Assembly (NCBI GenBank): GCA_951406725.2
Contig: OX597815.1
Span: 85,560,001-85,624,000, forward strand
Source of the DNA: Octopus vulgaris
Taxonomy: Eukaryota
Direction: 5' to 3'
Length of the DNA: 64,000 nt
The notes beneath the pieces are model-generated. The model ran no database searches. It was not told where the DNA came from and was given only the letters and a program-made list of their open reading frames with translations. Of this stretch, positions 27,855 through 39,100 are shown in pieces (position 1 is the first letter of the stretch; each line of letters opens with the position of its first letter). The position numbers and the translations under genes were made by a program.

Positions 27855-30800
27855 CAGGTTACTTTTGGCACATAACAGACCTCCATTATGATTTCACCTA
27901 CAACGAACTTGAAATTCCCTATTCCTGCAATGCCATTAACAAGAACTACGGAAAATTTGGCGACTATTCCTGTGACGCACCGGCGATACTGATTGAAAGC
28001 ATTATCAAAGAAATGAAAACCATCAATTCTCATGTTGACTTTATTGTCTGGACAGGGCAAGTATAGCAATTAGCTATTACGACTTATTTTCTTGTTTACC
28101 CAACCACCAGAAAAGAGGATTAAGATTAAGATATTGTCTTTAAAGATTTCTTCAAAGAGGAAAGGTTATTAAGATTATAATTTTTCAGACTATTAGTCGT
28201 CTTTAAAAATTAAAAATTTTCAATACTACATCTATTATACGTTTCAATCGGTTTGGCTTGCGGTATTCATTAGGTGTCTCATTATTGTATGAGTACATAG
28301 CGGAAATATAAAATGCATCAGTGGCGTAGTGAATGAGAACGTTATTATTCTTTGTTTAGTAATAAAAGTTGTTATTCCGAATCCAATGTAGTACTATGTA
28401 ATCATACAGGAAAAAGACACCCGATGACGACTGGTGATCAAATTGATTGAAACACGCTGCAGATGTGAATATGAAAGCCGTTAATCTTTAAATAAGAATG
28501 AAAATTTCATAGGAAGGGGAATAGTGACCACTTTTTGCTATTCCTATAGAAACGCCAGTAATGTAAAATGATTTCGGTCTGAATTAGAATCTTTTACGTT
28601 ACGAGGGAGCGACTACCAGATTATTGGTGTATTTTTAACCTGAACAAAGACATTTTAACTTTTAGAATAGAAGGGACGTGAAGCGTCACACTTTTCCAAT
28701 GAGAATTTAAAAACAAGAATAAAAAATATTTACTTTTATTGCAAATTGAAACCGCTTCCTGCGCTCTTACCTCCTCCTTTAAGAGGCCATATGCAAAATA
28801 TCAATATTGCCTACTTTTGAAATTGTAAATACTCTAGATTCACAAGGCAATGGGATTAGATATAGTGATTTGTATGCGTTTCTAAAGTCCATTGGCTATA
28901 TAAGAGTTCTGGTTTTTAGCAGGAACGTAAAAGGTACGGACATCAGAATATCTTTACTCCTCTCCTCTAAAGTCAATTGGGTTAATCACAATTTTACCTA
29001 GATTTCACTAGATTTTAAGCATTTTCACTTTATTTGTCACGCTCGTACGCGAAACAAATGAATACAGAAATAAGTATTTATATTTTATTTTATTACTCTC
29101 GAGTAGAAGAATCGATAGAACGTGATTTAATCTCAGAGTGTAAAGAACGGCTTTACATTCTGAGTTTAAATTCGATGTGGGTTAACTTTTAATTCATATC
29201 TCCGGGTTCCAGGGTAAATAAAATAAATACTAGTCCAGTGCGGTATCCGTTAAAATCGACTATACCGACCCCACCTAAATATGTGGCCTTTACGTGTTAG
29301 AATTTATTTTATTTACTACCGTTTTATTCATTCATTACTATTTTATTATAGTGACACTGTTTTGCATCCACGCATGAACGAGAATCTCGTTCTGAATAAA
29401 TCAAAGAATCTTGAAATCATCAAGAACTGCACAGACATTTTGAAGGAACATTTCCCCCAAATTCCACTTGCTTCAAGTCTTGGCAACCATGACCTTTTTC
29501 CAGATGCGCAGTGTCCCATTGCAACAGATGTACCAAATCTATATTTTAAGAAACTTGCTGAAGAATGGCTCACAGCAGATTTGATAGAAAGTAAGTCAAT
29601 ATTCAATATAAAATCAATGAGTGAGATAATGAATTAATCAATTGAACAGCTAATCAAAATTTACCTCATGTCACTGAAACAAAAAAACGAAAAAGAGTAG
29701 AAGCAGCAGCAGCAATAGCAACAACAACAACAGCAGCAGCAACTCAGCACAGTTAGTTTATGACGTGTTAGAACATGCGTTTGTATTGATATAGTTGAAT
29801 ATAAGTATATAATACATAGAATCCAAGGCGTTATTGATATCTACTGCACATATATTTGTAAATATTGAAGCAAATAGGAGTTAATATCTAAGGATGCATA
29901 CACATATACAGTATTTTATTGTATACTTATATAGTTAAAGCTGAATGTATTTCCATTGGAACAAGTTCGCACTAATTACACAAAATCGAGCTAATGAAGC
30001 TGTTTCTTCCTACATGGACGTTTCTCGAACTGCTAGATATGATACCTAAATCATCTTTCCCAAATTACATTCTACATTCTTAATATGGAAAGAGTGCATT
30101 GCATAATGTAGTCCTAAATACAGTAAGACGAAATAAAATGCGGGATGGATACAGCGGGAATGTTTTCGATTTTAATCATTCTTGATGAAAGCTGATCAAG
30201 TGCTAAACAAAAACAAGCCTGACTAAGAATTCAAAAAGGAGGCAAAATATTGGTTATGCCAATAAGCGACATTTGATTATTATAGAAGAATGAATACAAT
30301 ACAGTCAGTGACTTTTCTATCAGACTATGTATATAATGTTATGTGTTTAAAATATAGAATTATCCATGAAAAGTAATCTGTTGTTGTTGTTGTTGCTGCT
30401 GCTGTTGTTCCAATTTGTTTTTTACAATATAATGTGATTTTAGGAACATATAGTTTTTTTTCTAGCAGGTTGAACGATACCTTAAGTGGTCTCCCGAATA
30501 CTGTTTCCCTTTCCCCTTCTCACTCAGTCTTTCCCACGTACGAGGGAGTACTGAAAAGTTCCTGGCTTTAAGGGTATCACGGAAGGCCTGGTTGGAGGCC
30601 CAACCTTCCGAGTTCTTTTACAGGGATTAGAAAATTGAAGGACCGCTGTAATAAGTGCAAGGATCTGAGAGGGGAATACATTGAATAAAAAACATCATAA
30701 TTGACTGATTCTCCTGTATCTTTACCCGAAATCAGGAACTTTTCAACACTCCCTCGTACACATATGCATACATATGTAGACTCGTAAGTCTACAAATACA

Positions 30801-31081
30801 CCCCCCCACACACACATAGACTACTAAAAGTATAGATATGAAAACATAGTGCATGAACATATAAACCTTCAGATAAAAAGAAGAAGAAAAAACGAAGGAG
30901 AAAACCCCTAAACAAAAGCGTAGGGGTGGCTGTGTGGTAAGTAGCTTGCTTACCATCCATATGGTTTCGGGTTCAGTCCCACTGCGTGGCACCTTGGGCA
31001 AGTGTCTTCTACTATAGCTACGGGCAGACCAAAGCCTTGTGAGTGGATTTGGTAGACGGAAACTGAAAGAAGCCCGTCGTA

Positions 31082-31170
<89 letters not shown>

Positions 31171-33105
31171 GTGTGTGTGTGTATGTTTGTGTGTCTGTGT
31201 TTGTTCCCCCAACATCGCTTGACAATCGATGCTGGTGCGTTTACGTCCCCGTAACTTAGCGGTTCGGCAAAAGAGACCGATAGAATAAGTACTAGGCTTA
31301 CAAAGAATAAGTCCTGGGTTGGATTTGCTCGACTAAAGGCAGTGCTCCAGCATAGCCACAGTTAAATGACTGAAACAAGTAAAAGAGTAACCCCTCTGGA
31401 TCATGTAGTCCTAGATTCACTATGTCTGAATAAAAGAGGAGATCGTCACGGTAGGCCTGTCTTTGATCTGGCGCTAAAGAACAACAACGGCAATGACAAC
31501 AACGACAATAATATGAATGACAGCAACCACGACAGGAACAAAGACGCTCCAAATCCGTCGGTAGACAGGCATCTTCAATTGCGATCGATTTCAATTGCGT
31601 GAAGTCGAGTGACATTGACGTGTCTTGCAGGTTTCTTTGTAATCAATGGAATCGGTTTCAGAAGGACAATGCTCGTTCAACTTCTGTTTCTCGGGAAGTT
31701 TTCATTGATTGGAAACAGTCTGTTTTTATATAAAGTGCAAGTTCTCTTGTACAAAGCATCGATCTGATCTGTCAGTATGTCTATATTTCTACTTCTATTT
31801 ATTAAGTTAGCGTCTCCTGTTCGTCCGTAGTCTATGAATTTTTCATTAGACGAATGCTGTCACATGCCGTATGCTTTCTTCCATGTATTGCACTTCTAGG
31901 TACTAATTACACCCCCTTTAGACGTTAGTTGACTGTATCCCATTTGATGGGTTATATTTTCTAATTCTACAAGGTAGTGAAAAACATTTAGCGACGTTTC
32001 GTCCGTCTTTACGTTCTGAGTTCAAAATCCACTGAGGTCGACTTTGCCTTTCATCCTTTCGGGGTCGATAAAATAAGTACCAATTAAGTGCTGGATTGAC
32101 AACATCGACTCATCCCCTCCCTCATATTACTGGCCCTGTGCCAACATTTGAAATCAATATTTTCTAATTCTTTCATAAACTTTAAAATACGATTTAATCA
32201 TCTTTCCGTCATCTTTAGTGAATAAAACCTTATATCAATTTCAAGAAAGGATATTAGTTTATTGCATCTGAATGTTTTTTTGAGGTTTCTAGTGAAAATT
32301 TCAATCGTGTCAGCGAGTTACACACCTGATTTAATCAAAGCAGTTGATATTTCAACACGCTTACGACCCGGCCATCTCACTTCAGTCTGTGGCGATACAC
32401 ACTTATACAAATTGAGACGCAAACATAAACAGGCTTGGTTGCGTGGTAAGAAGCTTGCTTCCCAACCACACGGTTCCGTGTTCAATCCCACTGCGTGGCA
32501 CTTTGGGCAAGTGTCTTCTACTATAGCCTCGGGCCGACTAAAGCCTCTGTGAGTGAATTTGGTAGACTGAAAATAAAAGAAGCTGTCGTAGTGTATATAT
32601 ATATATATATATATGAGTGAGTTTGGAGGGATAAATCCGAGCGGATACCGTAGGTTACAGTTAATGGCTGACCACAACGGTAAGTACCTAACGTCTGTGA
32701 CTACAATTAGTTGTTAGTCGTTCCGTGAATTCTTCCTATGGCTAATTCCGTGTACTCTTCGCTGGACTTTAAAAATTTTCCGGATTATATATTAATATTA
32801 ATAATAATAAACAGTATGGAGACTTGTACATCCACAAAATATATTTTGTAGTTTATATTCAGCATATTGTAATGACTTACACGTGTTTCCGCTGCAGCGA
32901 CTATTCAATGTTGCAAATGCAGCCTTGCAATATTGTCGGTGCAGCTTCATCAGGGTCCGTCCGTTTGGTCCGTCAGTTTGGTCATTCTCAAAGTGTTTGG
33001 TCATTACAATATGCTGTATATAACTATAAAATATATTTTGTGGATGTACAAGTTCCCTTACTCTTTATCATTATTAATATTAATATACATATATGTGTAT
33101 GCGTG

Positions 33106-33136
<31 letters not shown>

Positions 33137-36100
33137 ATGCCTTTACATATGTTTGTCCCCCAACACCGCTTGACAATCGGTGTCGGTGTGTTTACGTCCC
33201 TGTAACTTAGCGCTTCGGCAAGAGACCGATAAAATAAGTACCAGGCTTAGCAAAATAAAAGTACTGGGGTTTATTCATTCGATTAAAAATTCTTCTAGGT
33301 GGTGCCCCAGCAGGGCCGCAGTCTAATAACTGAAACAAGCAAAGGATAAAAGTTACTGACTGAAGATATTTTTGTTTTAACGTAGCTTTAATAATCTCGT
33401 GCTATTTATAATATCAGGTATAGAACTAATAGTACTATCTCAAGTATCAGTAGAAGGTCGTGTCATTGACTCATTAATACTTTGCTCGAACTTGAAGCTG
33501 TTCGGGCGCTGTGACTGTTACAATACACATTTTTACTGATTAAAGAAGTGGAGCAACGCGAAATAAAGCATCTTGCTCACGGATACAATAAACTCACTAC
33601 CTTATGATCAAGAATCCATTTACATAACATTTAGGTCACGCGCCTTCTTAGTAGCGGTGGTTATGAGATCGAATGACTCATAATTTTCTCGGATGGTGAC
33701 CTCACTAATATCACCCAACGCCTATCATATCAGATAATTTATTTTTAGTAGTTTTTCATATAAAAAAAAAAATTATTTGATTCAGTTTCAGAACTGATAA
33801 TAACATGTTTCGATTATGACTTACATTTTGAACTATGTTCAAGTTAAACCGCAAATTTTTCTCGCCGTTTTTAAAACACAATCTATGTAATTATAAACGC
33901 TTACCATAAACTTTGTTTTACGGCCATGAAGGCCGGTGTGTCTGCAATAAGTTAATTTCTTTGTATTTTTTTATATATGCAGAGTGCGGCAGAAGTAACG
34001 CCCTTTTGTATTTGAGTTTTCTAGTTTCTAATTGAGGTTCTTTTTTATTTCCGAAAACTTCTGCAATTTTTCCATTAGTTTACTATTCGTTTCTTCAAGT
34101 AATGCTATAAATTTGTGTTCAGTAAAAAAATTACTTAATAAACATTTATATATAATAAAATTTTATTAAATGCAAAAAGGGCGTTACTTTTGCCGCATCC
34201 TGTATGTTCACGAATTAAGAGTAGAGAGTTAGTATAAGCAAGAAAGAATCGAACTGAATATTTGCACTAATTTTCGATCATCAGCGTTATAGGTTCAAAT
34301 TTTGCCAGGGTTAACGTTTCTTCTACCAATGGTCGTGAAATATACAACCGTTTTAAGGCGGCGAGCTGGCAGAAACGTTAGCACGCAGGGCGAAATGCGT
34401 AGCCGTATTTCGTCTGCCGCTACGTTCTGAATTCAAATTCCGCCGAGATCGACTTTGCCATTCATCCTTTCGGGGTCGATAAATTAAGTACCAGTTGCGC
34501 ACTGGGGTCAATGTAATCGACTTAATCCGTTTGTCTGTCCTTGTTTGTCCTCTCCGTGTTTGGCCCCTTGTGGGTAGTAAAGAAATAGGTATTTCGTCTG
34601 CCGCTACGTTCTGAGTTCAAATTCCGCCGAGGTCGACTTGGCCTTTCAGGGGTTGATAAATTAAGTTGATAAATTAAGTACCAATTGCGTACTGGAGTCA
34701 GTCTAATCGACTGGCCCCCTCCCCAAAATTTCGGTCCTTGTGCCTAGAGTAGAAAAGAATATTTAACCGTTTTTGTTTAGCGCCAGGTCAGTACTGAAAG
34801 ATCAGACCCACGATGAAAAGAATTTTAGCCGTAGCCATCTCGTCTTTTTCAAGATAGATAGAACAACATGAGCTAATGTGTAGTTCCCTTAAAAAATTTT
34901 TTTTAAGTTTTCGAAATTAACAAAAGAAAAAAAGTTAAATCACAGTTTAGAATATGGACAGTCAGAATCTTTGGCTTAAATCCTAGGAATAGACCATTAA
35001 ATGTGTTTATGAGAAGAAAGATATCGAAAAGCATCAATACGTTAGACTGACAAACAAACGAGGATGGTATGAGATGGTCATAAGATGTGCTAGAAATAAC
35101 GGCTAAATAACCCTTAAATCACAGCAAAAGTTTTTTTATTTTGGTTTTTATGTTATCGTATGAATTTCCATGTATAGGATATAAATTCGCAAAAATTTTC
35201 TGAAAATTCTAAAAAATAAAAAAAAGTGCGTAAAGTAGAATTCCGCCAAAGATTTTGCTCCTATTTCTACCAAGTCGAGAAACCAAGGAAAATACCTATT
35301 TCTTTATTATCCACAAGGGGCTAAATAGACCAAGGAAAATACCTTCATTAATAGTATATTGTGTTCCCTTCAATCGACAATACACCCTCACTTTTACAAA
35401 TTGGTTGCTTTACGAAGTCTAAATGTTCGAACAGAATAAACGAAAAAGTTGCCTAATTGTCGGGGTTCATTAAGGGTTACAGCGACTTTGGCAGTATTCC
35501 ATTTCAGAAACTGTAAACTACGTAATATCTCGTTAAATTTAATGATTATATCATCTTGTCATGTATATATGTTAGTATCAAGCAATACTTACCATACCCG
35601 ATGATGTTAGATGTAACAGCTAGGAATATATGTAGAAGATATTTAAATAAATCAGTTATTTAAATAAATCTTCAAATGATATTTCCAACTACTTATTCAA
35701 ATCAACAAATTTTACATAGAAACCTGTAGACGATAGATCAAACATTTTGCAACCCGACAGAAAAATTGAAAGAGTTCCAAACTGAATTTCCACATGGCGT
35801 GTTCAGCTTCTAATTAAGTTTTTTTGAAAATATTATATTCACTTGTGATGAGGGCTACAGATAACAATTTCAAGCGGGGAAGCACCTAAAGTCTATCGAC
35901 AATATCGTTATTATTTTCTGTTATAAGGCGGCGAGCTGGCAGGATGAAAGACTCAATATATTGTTTCCAGATTATCTATGTTGTTTGTAGGGTTTTCTTT
36001 CCAAGTTGGTCAATTGTTGGTTGGAGGAATGGTTGGGTAATGAGACTTGACTATCGGCAGAACGAAAAGATGCAGAACAAATACTACACCATCTTCTCCA

Positions 36101-39100
36101 TTGCTGTCGTTGTTCCACCAACCTATCGTTCTGGACTGGTACTTCCTTTATCGACTACTAAAGTATGAAAGGCAAATTTGACCTCGGCTGGATTTGAACT
36201 CAGATCGCAAAGAACCACTCTGACAGCTTAACTTACGATTGAAAGTAGTACAAACATAAATGATTTAAGATGTAAGCTGTGCCCCAGTACGGCCACAAGC
36301 CAACTAGTTGGAAGAAGCAGAAGAGTAAGATGAAATTGACAGTCTGGAATATTTAAATTACTATGCAGTTCTTTTAAAATTATTTAGTTGTAGCATAAGA
36401 CTGATAGGAGAAAGAGAGAGAGAGAGAGAGCTCTCTGTGTGCAGTTATTTTCTTGACTTCTAAAACAACGATATGAACTTTGAACAGTGAGACACTGAAC
36501 TAGTCACAGTAAAATCATCAAATCTGTCTGGAGGTGGTCTACTGCGATAACTTTCTCACATCTTTTAACATATTTAACATATTTGTAACGATTTCTTTAT
36601 ATTATCAGTTAATTCACATGGACAGAAGTAAATTCGCCTCTTAGTAATTTAAATTCTTTCAGAAATGCTATTATTTCTTTTAATTTCTTCCTTTAATAGC
36701 TTTTTCAAAGAACGGTTACTACTTTATGGCAACCAAAGATCCCGACCTTTACATTGTGAATCTCAATACACTCCTCTACTACAACAGAAACAAACTAATC
36801 AAACCAAATCAAAATCCTGACCCAAACGGACAATTCACGTGGTTACAAAATGTGCTCGAGAAGGTTAGAAAAGAGAAGAAAAAGGTAAAAACAAACAACA
36901 AATACAAGCAAAAGATAAACCTCGTCCCGTTTCTTCATTTCAATACACATTTTGTTTTCTCTGTTAATGTGTGCACTGACATTTCGTCACAGTTCGTATC
37001 TTCGATTTAGTAACTCATTCTTTACAGCGGTTCATTTAGAAATCGATAGTTAGTGTGGGTTTCCAATAAAAAAAGCTGCATGTTATGTATGTATGCTATT
37101 TCTTTTAAGGTATCAATGTATCAGTATCAACACACACACACAAGCACACACGCGCGCACAGAGACACACACACAACAAACTTACACACGCACATATTTAC
37201 CCTGACCCAAATTTACACACATAAACAAAGTTACATGCATACGCAAGCAAAACTTTAAATGAATACACAAAAACCCGCATACACACACGCACATACATTC
37301 ACATACATTAATAAGAGCTAATAAAGGAGCTTTTACGTGAACACCCGACCACCAGAAATAGAAGTCGAATGATCATCTAATTAAATCCCACCTCCTTACA
37401 AAAAAGGAAGGCCATATCTGACAGTGTGCTCATGTATATACAAAAATACAGGATGGTTACGGACTGGACATCTTTGAACATTGGTGTACTCAATCAAAGA
37501 AGGCCACGTTCTAACGACGACAACAGCAACACTCATAGATTGAAATCAGTTGTCCAGCAGATGTTAAAATGTTAACAATCTGAGAAGCTGGGTCTCACAA
37601 AAAGAGAAATAACACGTCTAATCAAGAAATAACAACTATGTAAATAAGTTCCACTTTCGTAATGACATCCACGCCTGCACCCGCGTGCATATGCATAAAG
37701 ATATGCTTACATGTGTACATACATACATACATAATACATACATACATACATACATACATTCCAAGGAGATATTCTTTGTGTGCTTTTCATTTTGACACTG
37801 AATCCATTATCGTTCCAACTGTAGAAAACAAATGGTTACATGCTAGGATCTTCAACAGTCAGAAATATCAATGTAACTCATAATTACTTAGTAGACGACC
37901 TGAAGACTTAAGCTAAAAGTGTTAACAATGCCAAAATACAACTGGAATTAATAACAACATTTTCAGTTGATATAGGGATGGAATTTGGCCAAAAGAAATG
38001 TTTATATTTGGTTATAGAACGAGGAAAGTCAGTCCCTCAAATCTAAAACCTGTGCATCAACGGTCTCTTTATCTCCCCTATTCCACATAAAGAATGTTAC
38101 AAGTACGTAGGCATAGAGTGAACCCAGAATATTACATCAGACTTAGGAAAATATGGCAGTCGGAACTCTCCTCTTACAATAAAACAATATCCTACAATGC
38201 ATTTGCAGTACCAGTGCTGATCCCAACATTTGGGATACTTAATAGGTCTGTAGAGGAAACACACTCCATAGATATCAAAACCCGCAAAATCCTGACAACA
38301 ACAAAGTTCCACTGAAACGGTGACGTTGACAGGCTCTACCTAAGAAGAAATGAAGGTGGTAGAGGCCTGAGATCAATTCGGACGGCCTTCGAAAGCCGTA
38401 TGGTATCACTCAGGCAGCACCTACTAACAACAGCAGCAAAAATAAATATATTAATGCAGTCCTAAAAAGTGAAGTGAGCAACATTGTACAAGTTGGCAGT
38501 GAACTCCTCAAGAAACACTCTCTTCCTTGTGATCTTCTATACAGCTCCAAAACAGTCGGGCTCTCTTCCCTGAGAGAAGACTTGGATGGAAAGCACACAA
38601 CGTAAAAAAGGTCATCTATAGGTATGTTGCCCGGAAGCTTGAAGAAGACAGTAGAATTGATACGAAGCGCAGCCTCTCTTGGACACAACACCACTACGTC
38701 ATATCACACTTTGAAGACTATGCGTTTGCAATCCATGAACAAGAGATTGCCACAAAGTACCTCGTGAACAAGAGAGACAGTGACGCTCTTGTAACCCCAA
38801 GGTATATATATATGTATATATATATGCATATATGTGTGTATATATATACATATATATATATATGCATATATATACATATATATGCATATATATACATATA
38901 TATGCATATATGTATATACATATATATATAAATATATATACATATATGTATATATACATATATGTATATATGCCTTTCATCTTTTCGGGGTCGATAAATT
39001 AAGTACCAGTTGCGTACTGGCGTCGATCTAATCGACTAGCTCCCTCCCCAAAATTTCGGGCCTTGTGCCTAGAGTAGAAAAGAATATATATTTGAAATTA

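Larger units (their letters stand above)
32430..33352 (+). mobile_element. SINE family A, split by an insertion in its internal microsatellite
   Basis: 5' half 32430-32590, 3' half about 33145-33352. Confidence 0.75.

Noticed and set aside
31540-31900. Minus-strand segment with faint transposase-like peptide ([12 protein letters not shown])
   Set aside because: Similarity too weak to assign a family by eye
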